Part shown: in pieces, positions 54,960-64,000 of the stretch
Layout: each line of letters starts with the position of its first letter
Numbering within the stretch: the first letter of the stretch is position 1
Made by a program: the position numbers and the translations under genes
The notes under the pieces: model-generated
What the model was told of the DNA's origin: nothing
The model's input: the letters and a program-made list of their open reading frames with translations, nothing else
Database searches by the model: none
Source of the DNA: an uncultured Candidatus Binatia bacterium
GTDB taxonomy: Bacteria; Desulfobacterota; Binatia; Bin18
Length of the DNA: 64,000 nucleotides
Direction: 5' to 3'
NCBI GenBank assembly: GCA_965214605.1
Contig: OZ243961.1
Span: 1,504,001-1,568,000, forward strand

Positions 54960-55736
54960 TCACCGACCGGCCGAAAATTCGGCGATGACCGGTGCGTGAT
55001 CAGAAGCTCCCTTACCTTTGCGTGCCTGGCGGTCGATCCGCGCCCCAGTACAGCGCTGGGACAGGGCTTGGGTGACAAGAATATGATCGATACGCAACCC
55101 CTGATTGTTCTGAAAGGCGAGCCGCCGATAGTCCCACCAGCTGTACAGTTTTCCCGCCTCATGGTGAAGCCGAAACGCATCGATCAATCCCCAGCCACAC
55201 AGTCTCCGGAAGGCGTTCCGAACGCCGGGCTCACACAGCACCGTTTCGGCCCATTCTGCCGGCTCACATACGTCACGATCCTCTGGTGCGATATTCAGAT
55301 CGCCGCACAGGACGAGGGACTCGCCTGGATCGCAGTGCCGTTCAAGGTAGCGCTGGAGCTGGTCGAGCCAGGCTAGCTTGTAGATGTACTTGTTGCTGCC
55401 GACAACCTGACCGTTTGGCACGTACACGCAGATGATTCGCATGGCGGCGATCTGGGCGGATAGAAAACGGGCTTCAACTTCCTCCTCATCGTCGTCAAAA
55501 CGGCGCCTGATATCGATCGGTTCGGCACGGGATATCAGTGCTACACCATTATACGTCTTTTGCCCACACGCCGTGACCTGATAGCCTAGGGCTTCAAAAT
55601 CGGCTCGAGGAAAGACGTCATCGCTCACTTTTGTCTCTTGTAAACACAGCACCTCAGGTTGGTGCGTTTCCAGCCAGGCTAACGCCCGGTCTTTGCGGGC
55701 GCGGATGGAATTAACGTTCCAGGTTGCAATACGCAC
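54960..55736 (-). CDS. xth: Exodeoxyribonuclease III
   Basis: ATWNVNSIR, LQETK, YVPNG, GDLNIAP, SWWDYR, RIDH, SDHAPV. Confidence 0.95.
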   Translation of the reverse strand: MRIATWNVNSIRARKDRALAWLETHQPEVLCLQETKVSDDVFPRADFEALGYQVTACGQKTYNGVALISRAEPIDIRRRFDDDEEEVEARFLSAQIAAMRIICVYVPNGQVVGSNKYIYKLAWLDQLQRYLERHCDPGESLVLCGDLNIAPEDRDVCEPAEWAETVLCEPGVRNAFRRLCGWGLIDAFRLHHEAGKLYSWWDYRRLAFQNNQGLRIDHILVTQALSQRCTGARIDRQARKGKGASDHAPVIAEFSAGR

Positions 55737-55831
55737 TGCTCAGTAGCCTAACATGATCCCACTGCAAGCGGAGAGCCGTTCAAAGGGAAAGAGAAGGGGC
55801 GCGGAAGCGGGAGAGTCCAAAAGCAAAGCTC

Positions 55832-57433
55832 CTAGTCTACGCGGGCGGCGTCGGGTTCGGGCAGGAGGGTTCCCTGGGCACCGATCTTGCCATACGTGAG
55901 CCCGGCCAGAGCGGGCACGGCTGCGGCCAGTTCGGAAAAAACTTCACTAATGGAGGTACTATCCGGGCCGTCAAGCTTGGTGCTGAGTAGCGCTAGCGCC
56001 TCCCAGCCCGTCTTGACCCCTCCCGGCGGAGGGAAGGCTTGGCGTAAACGCTGGAGCCGACCGGCATAGTTGATGCAGGTACCGTCAGTTTCAGGAGCCG
56101 TGGCGATTGGCAACACAAGGTCAGCATACTCGGTCGTGTCGCTGTAGTCGGTGTCCAGCAGGATGACCTCGACCTCGGCCAGGGCAGCATCGACCGCCGC
56201 TTTGCCCATGGCGGCGACGAGGTCGGCGCTGAACACAAACAGGACTTTGACCTTGCCCTGGTGTGCGGCGCTCAGAATCTGCTCGGCCTCTCCTCCTCCG
56301 TTTAGCAAGCCCAAGGTTTTGAGGCCGCGCGTGTTGGGGTTCTTATCCGCCCGGATCAGCAGATCATCGTGAGAGGCCTTGTCAGGCGACCAGGATAAGC
56401 CCGCGGCCTGATAGGTCCCCAACTGTTGTTTGAGAATGCGTGATAACAGATAGGCTTCTTCATTGCTGGCTTTGGCCCCGATAATAGCGGCTACGGCCTC
56501 GCTGCCGTGCTCGGTCTGGGCGCGCTTGACCGTCTTAACAAGCTGCCGCATAGCCTCATCCCAAGAGGTCTGACAAAATGCTGTCTCGGCGCGAACCAGT
56601 GGCTGAAGAATACGGCTCTCTTGTTGAAACGATCGGTAGGAGACCCGGCCCTCGTCACACATCCAAAACTCGTTGACCTCCATATTCTGACGTGGCCGAA
56701 AACGATACATCTGGCCGCGGCGGTGGTAGATATCAATATTGCAGCCGGTCTCACATCGGGTACAGATTGATTCGGTCTTTTCCAGATACCAGACGCGGGC
56801 CTTAAACCGAAAATCTTTTGCCGTCAGAGCACCGACCGGACACACATCAACGACATTCATTGAGTACGGGTTCTCTAGCTTTTTGCCGGGGAACAGATCA
56901 ATATTACAGTGATCCCCCCGGTCAAAAATTCCCAACTCGCCGGTCTTGGTAACTTCGTCCAGAAAACGGGTGCAGCGTGCACACAGAATGCAGCGCTCCT
57001 GATCGAGCATGACCTGCGGGCCGATTTCGAGCGCCTTATCTTTTTCGACCTTGGCCTCAAGCGGCATCCGGCTCTTATACGTCCCATAATCCATGTAATA
57101 GTCTTGCAGCTTACACTCCCCGGCCTGATCGCAGATAGGGCAATCAACTGGGTGATTGATCAAAAGAAACTCCAGCACCGCGGCCTGGGCGGCCTTCACC
57201 CTGGGGCTGGTGGTATGGATGACCATGCCCTCGTTTATCCGCGTATTGCAGGCGATCTGCAGCTTGGGCATTTTCTCAATCTCAACTAAGCACATCCGGC
57301 AGTTGCCCGAGATGCTCAGGCCCGGATGGTAGCAATAGTGCGGGACCTCAATACCGAGGCGCTCGGCCGCCTGGATGATGTTGAGCCCATCCTCGAGCAT
57401 AATCTCCTGCCCATCAATCTCAATCTTTGGCAT
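55832..57433 (-). CDS. nuoG: NuoG-like Fe-S subunit (short form)
   Basis: HYCYH..GNCRMC, HPVDCPICDQAGEC, CILCARC, CTRCETGC. Confidence 0.85.
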   Translation of the reverse strand: MPKIEIDGQEIMLEDGLNIIQAAERLGIEVPHYCYHPGLSISGNCRMCLVEIEKMPKLQIACNTRINEGMVIHTTSPRVKAAQAAVLEFLLINHPVDCPICDQAGECKLQDYYMDYGTYKSRMPLEAKVEKDKALEIGPQVMLDQERCILCARCTRFLDEVTKTGELGIFDRGDHCNIDLFPGKKLENPYSMNVVDVCPVGALTAKDFRFKARVWYLEKTESICTRCETGCNIDIYHRRGQMYRFRPRQNMEVNEFWMCDEGRVSYRSFQQESRILQPLVRAETAFCQTSWDEAMRQLVKTVKRAQTEHGSEAVAAIIGAKASNEEAYLLSRILKQQLGTYQAAGLSWSPDKASHDDLLIRADKNPNTRGLKTLGLLNGGGEAEQILSAAHQGKVKVLFVFSADLVAAMGKAAVDAALAEVEVILLDTDYSDTTEYADLVLPIATAPETDGTCINYAGRLQRLRQAFPPPGGVKTGWEALALLSTKLDGPDSTSISEVFSELAAAVPALAGLTYGKIGAQGTLLPEPDAARVD

Positions 57434-57440
57434 ACAAACC

Positions 57441-58736
57441 TCACGCAGCCTGAGGCTGCTTGTCAGCCTTTTTCTTCAGCGGACACCCGCCCTCGGTGAT
57501 ATGGGCCACAAATTCGTCGCGGAATTTACTCAGGTAGCTCTGGGTCGGCATGGCCGCGGCATCGGCCAATACACACACGGTATTGCCGGTCATGTTGGTG
57601 CAAATCTGATCGATCAGGTCGATATCGTCGGTCTGACCATTGCCTTCTTCCAGGCGGATCAGCAGCTTGTGCAGCCAGCCGGTTCCCTCTCGACACGGCG
57701 AACACTGGCCGCACGATTCGTGATGGTAAAAACGGTCGATGATTTCAAGCGCCTGGACCATACAGGCGTCTTCGTCCATGACAATGATCCCGGCCGTACC
57801 TAGGAAGGCACCGATCGCCCGCATAGAATCGAAGTCCATATTGACGTCAATTTCGTCCGGGGTGAGGATGGGAAACGACGAACCGCCTGGCATGACGGCT
57901 TTCAGTTTTTTTCCACCCTGAATGCCTCCGGCGTAATCATAAATCACCTCGCGCAGCGACATGCCCATCGGCAGCTCGTACAGACCCGGCTTTTCAACGT
58001 GCCCGCTCACGCAATAGATCTTGGGACCGGGACCGGTCTCCGGACCGATGGATTTAAACCACTCCGGACCATTGTGGATGATGGACGGCACACAGGCCAA
58101 GGTTTCAACATTCTGAACAATCGTCGGACAGCCGAACAGACCGTACACCGCAGGAAAGGGCGGTTTGATGCGCGGATAGGCACGTTTACCCTCAAGGGAT
58201 TGGATCAAGCCGGTTTCTTCGCCGCAAATATAGGCTCCCGCCCCACGGTGAACGTACACGTCAAGATCAAAGCCGCTGCCAAAAATGTTTTTACCTAAAA
58301 AACCACGGGCATAGGCCGCCTCGATCGCCTCGTGGAGACGTTTGGCGCCAAGGGCAAATTCTCCTCGGATATAGATGTACGCCGTATGGGCATTGATGGC
58401 ATAGGCGGAAATCAAAATACCCTCGAGCAAGATGTGCGTATTCCATTCAATCAGCGCCCGGTCTTTGAAGGTCCCGGGTTCGCTCTCATCCGCATTGGCA
58501 CACAGGTAAACCGGTTTATCCGAGTCTTTCGGCAAAAAGCCCCATTTCATGCCAGCCACAAATCCAGCCCCGCCACGACCCCGCAGATTGGAGTCTTTGA
58601 CCTGAGCGGTGACGTCTTGCGGTGTGAGTGTTGTGAGGGCCTTTTTAGCCGCTTCATAACCGCCATGTTTGACGTAGACCTCAAGCTTGCGGACGTCAGG
58701 AACATCGAGGTGGCGCAAGAGTACTCTGTCAGCCAT
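57441..58736 (-). CDS. nuoF: NADH-quinone oxidoreductase subunit F
   Basis: LRGRGGAGF, NADESEPGTFKDR, GAGAYICGEET, ESCGQCSPCREG. Confidence 0.95.
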   Translation of the reverse strand: MADRVLLRHLDVPDVRKLEVYVKHGGYEAAKKALTTLTPQDVTAQVKDSNLRGRGGAGFVAGMKWGFLPKDSDKPVYLCANADESEPGTFKDRALIEWNTHILLEGILISAYAINAHTAYIYIRGEFALGAKRLHEAIEAAYARGFLGKNIFGSGFDLDVYVHRGAGAYICGEETGLIQSLEGKRAYPRIKPPFPAVYGLFGCPTIVQNVETLACVPSIIHNGPEWFKSIGPETGPGPKIYCVSGHVEKPGLYELPMGMSLREVIYDYAGGIQGGKKLKAVMPGGSSFPILTPDEIDVNMDFDSMRAIGAFLGTAGIIVMDEDACMVQALEIIDRFYHHESCGQCSPCREGTGWLHKLLIRLEEGNGQTDDIDLIDQICTNMTGNTVCVLADAAAMPTQSYLSKFRDEFVAHITEGGCPLKKKADKQPQAA

Positions 58737-58918
58737 ACTTTTCGCCTCACTTTATCAGGTGTGCACAAGTCGGAGAACCGGCAACCGCTCGAACCGACTA
58801 CAGATTCGGCATCTCAAGCGTCGTGAGGAGGATAGCGGCCCCGATTTTCGGTGTCAACGGAGGAAGACAGCCCCCGTCATTTACATTTTCCGCCGCCTCT
58901 GGTTTAACAGCCGGCCAT

Positions 58919-59491
58919 ATGACTGAACAACTCAGCCTGTGGATCCATCTGTTGGCAACCACCGTTTTTGTGGGGAGCGCCGTCAGCGTGCTTGTCGTAC
59001 TGATGCCAATGGCGGCTCGGATTTCCTCGCTGAGGGAAAAGCAGAAATTTCTGGCCCAGGGTCTGAAAGCCTATAACCCGCTCAGCATTGGTGCGCTAGG
59101 CTGTATCATTATGACCGGAGCGTTCAACCTGACCTCGTATAAGCAACAGCTTGGCCCTCAATTTTTTGCCCTGCTAGGCGGCGTTTTTGGTCTGAAGCTA
59201 CTGCTCGTCTTTGGGTTGATTCTTATCAATACGTCGGCCACCATTGGCATGGGTCATCGCTTAGTTCGCACTGAGCTACGGGGTGAGGTATTTGATCCGG
59301 AAAAGCTCCCTGGGCTGATCAAACGCATGCAGCTCTTCACCATCCTGACCATAGCCTTGAGCGCCGGGGTGATGTGGGTCTCAATGGAGATGAGCAAGCG
59401 TGTCGAGACCTCGGCAGCCGTGGTGTCACGCTCGCAGGCACCGCTCCCCCAACCCGCAAGGCCGAACTTGGAGACAGGCCAACAAAACTAG
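58919..59491 (+). CDS. Four-TM membrane protein (CopD/DUF4149-like)
   Basis: WIHLLA..VFVG start, TG.FN, KLLLV; start placed at ATG 58919. Confidence 0.65.
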   Translation: MTEQLSLWIHLLATTVFVGSAVSVLVVLMPMAARISSLREKQKFLAQGLKAYNPLSIGALGCIIMTGAFNLTSYKQQLGPQFFALLGGVFGLKLLLVFGLILINTSATIGMGHRLVRTELRGEVFDPEKLPGLIKRMQLFTILTIALSAGVMWVSMEMSKRVETSAAVVSRSQAPLPQPARPNLETGQQN

Positions 59492-59556
59492 TGCGCAAGG
59501 AGTTCTGCTAACACCGGCGAACGGACGGCCGTCACCCGGGCCACGCTAGGTTCGTC

Positions 59557-60378
59557 TTACGAACCAGACCAACGCGGGAGGCGCTTTTCCACAAAAGCCG
59601 TCACACCTTCGGCATAATCGTCCTGTTTAGCCATTTCTCGAATCAGGCCATTGGCGTTCTCAACAGCCGATCTTGCATCACGATGCAGATCAGTATAAAT
59701 CTGCCGCTTTGTTGCCCGCAGCGAGCCGGGAGAAACTGTGGTGATCAGTTTTTGTGTGTAATCATAGGTATGCGGCAACAGCTCATCGGGGGCCAGGATG
59801 ACGTTTACGAGCCCCATCTCATACGCCTCATCGGTCAAAAACACACGGCTTGACAGCAACAAATCGTTGGCCTTGGTCAGTCCGATCAAACGTGGCAACA
59901 GCCACGACAGGCCAAACTCGGCGGGTAGATTAAGCTTGCCGTGCGCCGTCGTCAACTTTGCCCCGGTCACGGCAAAACGCAGATCGGCATAACAGGCCAC
60001 GGCCAAGCCTACCCCAGCCGCCGCACCGTTTATAGCGGCAATAATCGGTTTCGTCATACCAAACTGGTAGGCAAAATCCGCGTCAAACTCCGGCCGCACG
60101 CCATAGCCGGGGCGAGCCATCTCCTCCGGCGTGCCCGGATCATAGCCGCCCTTCTCCACATGACCCTCCAGGGCCCGAGAGTCCGCACCAACGCAAAACG
60201 TGTCACCGGCCCCAGTGACAACAATCGCCCCCACCGTCGGATCTTGCTCGGCCTGCTCCAGCGCCCAGCGGTATTCGACGTGCATCCGTCCGGTCCAGGA
60301 ATTCCTTCGCTGCGGGCGGTTCAGGGTCAGCGTCGCAACCCCGTCCTTGACTTGATAGAGAAGAACCTTCAGTTCCAT
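59557..60378 (-). CDS. Enoyl-CoA hydratase/isomerase family protein
   Basis: TLNRP, FCVGAD, KPIIAAINGAAAGVG, AFVEKR.P. Confidence 0.92.
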   Translation of the reverse strand: MELKVLLYQVKDGVATLTLNRPQRRNSWTGRMHVEYRWALEQAEQDPTVGAIVVTGAGDTFCVGADSRALEGHVEKGGYDPGTPEEMARPGYGVRPEFDADFAYQFGMTKPIIAAINGAAAGVGLAVACYADLRFAVTGAKLTTAHGKLNLPAEFGLSWLLPRLIGLTKANDLLLSSRVFLTDEAYEMGLVNVILAPDELLPHTYDYTQKLITTVSPGSLRATKRQIYTDLHRDARSAVENANGLIREMAKQDDYAEGVTAFVEKRLPRWSGS

Positions 60379-60410
60379 CTTTGTTTCCTCCCGTTCTCCA
60401 ACAACTGGGC

Positions 60411-61469
60411 TTACACCTCAAGGGCCAACAGCTCGGCTAAGTGTTGATCAATCTGCTCAAGATACGCAGGCTCCAGCCCAAACAGTCCCAAGTGACCGTA
60501 GATGCTGTGGATCACTCGGAACTCGCTGTTGGGGATCAGTTTATGCTCGGCCTCGCAGTCGCGTGGCGGAAAAAACATGTCTTCGTCTATAGGCAGGACA
60601 AAGACCTTGGCGGTGATCCGGGCCAGAGCCCGGCCAAGATCGCCGCCGGTGTGGCGGCTTACATCACCACGCTGCCATTTCCAGGCCATGCATAGCAGAT
60701 TGTTTGGATCCATGGAGAGAAAATAGTTTTCGATGAAGCCGACGACAAAGTCTTCGAGAGACGAAAACCCCAGCTCTCGCCAGGTTTCCCGCTTAAACAT
60801 CTCGGTGCAGAACCCCATGACTCCCCACAGTCCAGCGTGTCGGCGTAAGCCCATCTGCACCGCGTGCGGGTCGCTATACCAGCCGTTGTTCCAGGCCGGG
60901 TCCGAGGTAATGGCTTCGGTCAGGGCTTGAACAAACAGAAAGTCATGTGGAGTGTTTTTGGCCGTGCCGGCCAGGGGTGCGGCGCGTTTGACCATGTCCG
61001 GGTAGCGTACTGCCCACTCGTAGGTCTGCTGAGCGCCCATTGAGCCACCACACACCAGTTCCAGCCGCTCAACCCCGAACTGCTCGGTTACCAGTCTGTA
61101 TTGGGCACGGACATCGTCACTAATCCGGACCCGCGGGAAACGGGCCATATGAAACGGGGGGGGCGTATTTGTCGGTGAGCTCGACAGGCCGTTGCCAAGC
61201 TGGTTGGCGATGATGACGAAATATCGGTCTGGATCAATCGCCCGATCAGGGCCAACATACACATCGGCCATGATCCTGCTCGTGCCTGAGTACCAGGTTG
61301 GCAGCAAGACGGCATTGCTCTTGTCCGCATTCAGCGTTCCGAGCGTCGTATAGGCAAGCTGGCCGCCGCGGATCGTGCCACCTTCTTCCAGCCTAAAGCC
61401 TCCCAGGTCAAAGAACTGGAAAGGGCCATGGTTCTCCTGCGAGTAGTAGGGATTGAACAGTTCGGACAT
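60411..61469 (-). CDS. Homoserine acetyltransferase-like alpha/beta hydrolase
   Basis: YTTLGTLN, PTWYSG, GNGLSSSP, GGSMGAQQ, DMFFPP, GH. Confidence 0.88.
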   Translation of the reverse strand: MSELFNPYYSQENHGPFQFFDLGGFRLEEGGTIRGGQLAYTTLGTLNADKSNAVLLPTWYSGTSRIMADVYVGPDRAIDPDRYFVIIANQLGNGLSSSPTNTPPPFHMARFPRVRISDDVRAQYRLVTEQFGVERLELVCGGSMGAQQTYEWAVRYPDMVKRAAPLAGTAKNTPHDFLFVQALTEAITSDPAWNNGWYSDPHAVQMGLRRHAGLWGVMGFCTEMFKRETWRELGFSSLEDFVVGFIENYFLSMDPNNLLCMAWKWQRGDVSRHTGGDLGRALARITAKVFVLPIDEDMFFPPRDCEAEHKLIPNSEFRVIHSIYGHLGLFGLEPAYLEQIDQHLAELLALEV

Positions 61470-61506
61470 GGGGTGTCTCCTTTTTTCCTCTCCTGCGTCA
61501 AGCCGA

Positions 61507-62451
61507 TCAGGTCGGAACCCTGCGCAGCTGATAGCCGAAACGCGGAAAGTGTACGGTCACCAGTCCGGTGCGCGCATTGCTGTGCTGAAGCGCCATGCGG
61601 ACCGCATCAATGGAGACCAAGGTGCCGATGCTGGGGTTGGCCTTTCCGTAATCGGTCGGTGTCACCGCGACTGTCTCGCCAAGGGCGGGATCGCCGTCGA
61701 GCGTTTCACTGGGCGGTGGCGGCGGCGGGTCCACCGCCGCCGCTAGGTCTAGAGCCTCAAGAGCACTCATGGGTTGAAAACTGCCGTGTCCCCGGGCCGC
61801 AATACGATCCATCCACTGGCGTATCCGCTCCGGAATAAGCGTGAGGCGTTGGCCCGCTAGCTGATCCATTACCCATAGCGGGTGATAGATCAGACAGTCG
61901 GCCAGCGACATGGCATCGCCACACACATACGGCCGTCCGTCACTTAGCAGGTCGGTAATCCAGGCCAACTGAGGGCGCAGCTGGCTCAGGTTCTTACTTG
62001 CCGCCGCCCGTCGATGAGCCGGACCGGGTTCGGATTTTCCGAGCAGGGCCGCCCGGTCGGCTAAGAAGTCCGGCGTGAAGCGTTCGGCATCGGCGTAGGT
62101 GCACGAGGTGTAGTTGATGGCATGGCGGGTCAGAACGGAGTCGGTCCAGCGTTCTAGGCCAGCAGCAAAAGCCCGCCGGGCCGCCACATCGGGCCCGGGA
62201 TGGACCGGGGGCTCAGGAAAGCGCCGCTCTAGTTCTTCAATAATCCGGACTGTATCGCAGTAGACCTCAGCCCCGATCTGAAGGGCTGGGGCGCGACGGT
62301 AGCCGCCGGTGAGCGGTAGGTAATCCGGCTTGGGCAGGACTGGTGGAATTTCAACAGAGTGCCAAGAGAGTCCCTTGAGACCCAGCACAAGGCGAACCTT
62401 CTCGGAATAGTTGGAGAAGTCGTAGTGGTGCAGAATGAGTTTGGCAGCCAT
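61507..62451 (-). CDS. Glutathione S-transferase family protein
   Basis: LHHYDFSNYSEKVR, GGYRRAPALQIGA..YCDT, VHFPRFGY. Confidence 0.9.
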   Translation of the reverse strand: MAAKLILHHYDFSNYSEKVRLVLGLKGLSWHSVEIPPVLPKPDYLPLTGGYRRAPALQIGAEVYCDTVRIIEELERRFPEPPVHPGPDVAARRAFAAGLERWTDSVLTRHAINYTSCTYADAERFTPDFLADRAALLGKSEPGPAHRRAAASKNLSQLRPQLAWITDLLSDGRPYVCGDAMSLADCLIYHPLWVMDQLAGQRLTLIPERIRQWMDRIAARGHGSFQPMSALEALDLAAAVDPPPPPPSETLDGDPALGETVAVTPTDYGKANPSIGTLVSIDAVRMALQHSNARTGLVTVHFPRFGYQLRRVPT

Positions 62452-62764
62452 AGCGCCTCCTTAGCCTCTTCTCCTGGATTTTACCCAGCTTCATCTAGGC
62501 TGCCCTGCTCTCCTCAACTCTGCCCGGAGAGCAAAAGCCACTCGCTGAAGTGTTCAATTATAGTATTCACTTGGGAAGAGTCGTTGACGCGCGCCCCTGG
62601 GGTGTCTCCCCCTTTTTTAGCTATCTTACCCTGTACGACGCTGTAATAACGAACGCCACATTCATCCGTCTCTAGGGTTGCGCTGTGAAGAGCCCGGCTC
62701 GCAGCCTCCATCATCGTTTCAGTTTCTCAGGGCATCCTCTCGCAGGTTCCAGTCGTATGGAAGT

Positions 62765-64000
62765 TCATGTTTCCTCACTTGTGTCCGTCCAAAAGTCGTC
62801 AAATCGGCTGTAGGCAAGAGGGGGACCAAGTCGGAGGATATTGTCGGCAAAATCGATGATTGTGCATTCCGGAGTACCGCCGAATTGAGGGCCGCGGAGC
62901 CCACGGCCGATAATCTGTTCATAAAGCACTTCGCTCGCCGTCGGCCGGCAGAGCACGATACAGTCAACCTTTGGTGCATCAAATCCAGTAGTCAAAACTC
63001 CATAGTTACAGAGAAACTCAATTTCTTGTTTTTTAAAATTATTGATCAGCGCACGTCGGAGAGCGATGGAGGTGCTCGAGGAAACGGCCCCTGAGCTTCG
63101 TCCTTGGGCCGACAGAAGGGCCGACAGGAAATAGGCATGCTCCACAGTGCAGGCATATACAAGGGTGGAAGTACCCTGAGGTAAATCAAGAAGCCTGCTT
63201 ACGATCCGGCGGTTTCTCTCATTGTCAGCGGCCAGGCGCTTTAGAAATTCAGCCGGCAAATCTTTCTCTTTCTCGACCTCCTCGGCTTCCTTATCCGTGA
63301 GCCTGTATTCGCACCCGGACCGACGCAAAATATGGTGTGCTTGAGCAAGAAACCCATGCTTACGAAAATAACGCAGTGGGTACTGCTTATATTCCACGCC
63401 GAGGTCCGGCTTAATCAGATGTGCCTCAAATCGGCCGACAAGCTTCTCCGTGTCTGGACTAGCGCGGCCCGGCGTAGCGGTGAGGCCGCAGATTGGAAAC
63501 AGGTCGCTCCCGCCGCGTATCCTTTCGGCAGCATCCAACAATCCATTGTACATCCGTGAAACAGCGCGGTGTGCCTCATCGATAATCATCGCTCCAGTAT
63601 CGGAAAGAATCCTCTCGAACGACTTGTCGGCCGCCTTGATCCTGCTGTGGATTTGTTGAATGCTCGCCACGACAACTCCACCGCACAGCTCGTCCTCTGG
63701 AACTTCACGACTCCCGAAAAACCGATAGATGCGCAGAGGCCTAACGAACTCCCGCGAGCCCCACATTTGCTCAATGCAGGCAATAGCCTGCTCGCAAAGT
63801 TCCTCGCTCTGTGCCACCCAGATGAGATATTGCCCTTCCGTAAATCGAGGCTGCATCCAGTCGATGAACGCCTCGACGGCAACACGCGTTTTTCCCCCGC
63901 CAGTGGGCAAGGTCACGACGCAACGTGTCCGTGCGCCGTTTTGTTCAAGGACGTCCAACATTCTCGCCTTCAAAATTTCTTGAAATTTGACCAGCTTGGG
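62765..64000 (-). CDS. DEAD/DEAH-box (SF2, ResIII-like) helicase, 5'-truncated by window edge
   Basis: LPTGGGKT, IDEAH, GLTATP, TTGFDAP, QIIGRGLRG; frame stays open to position 64000. Confidence 0.92.
   Translation of the reverse strand, partial: PKLVKFQEILKARMLDVLEQNGARTRCVVTLPTGGGKTRVAVEAFIDWMQPRFTEGQYLIWVAQSEELCEQAIACIEQMWGSREFVRPLRIYRFFGSREVPEDELCGGVVVASIQQIHSRIKAADKSFERILSDTGAMIIDEAHRAVSRMYNGLLDAAERIRGGSDLFPICGLTATPGRASPDTEKLVGRFEAHLIKPDLGVEYKQYPLRYFRKHGFLAQAHHILRRSGCEYRLTDKEAEEVEKEKDLPAEFLKRLAADNERNRRIVSRLLDLPQGTSTLVYACTVEHAYFLSALLSAQGRSSGAVSSSTSIALRRALINNFKKQEIEFLCNYGVLTTGFDAPKVDCIVLCRPTASEVLYEQIIGRGLRGPQFGGTPECTIIDFADNILRLGPPLAYSRFDDFWTDTSEET

Overview
Bacterial genomic window, moderately GC-rich, with two parts. 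(1) About 2.3-19.7 kb is an accessory, compositionally patchy surface-glycan region. It holds an ExoL-like glycosyltransferase, a Wzx-type flippase, a broken polysaccharide deacetylase, an alginate-export-type porin and two unusual LRR fusions. The first fusion is an O-antigen ligase/polymerase (Wzy_C-like) whose catalytic loop is interrupted by about ten capped plant-receptor-type LRR modules. These are partly near-identical 543-bp DNA repeats, and the gene is split by a 7-bp deletion. The second is a lipoprotein-like sulfatase carrying one such LRR module. (2) The rest is mostly housekeeping and catabolic genes: ureD/E/F, a ubiE-like methyltransferase, a CocE hydrolase, EVE, nitrilase, two moeA, acyl-CoA dehydrogenase, MFS, LLM oxidoreductases, BVMO, a MaoC pair, ilvB, lrp-gltBD, grxC, xth, an orphan nuoF/nuoG pair, GST and a partial helicase. 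A GrdB/PrdB-type selenoprotein is missed by the ORF track; it has an in-frame UGA in UxxC plus a SECIS-like hairpin. Many intergenic gaps hold decayed genes (FN3, Fic, HicB, UvrD-like helicase). Eukaryote-like repeats plus pseudogene decay suggest a host-associated (for example sponge) symbiont; this is inference. No rRNA, tRNA, CRISPR array or intact transposase was recognised. All family calls are by motif recognition, not database search.
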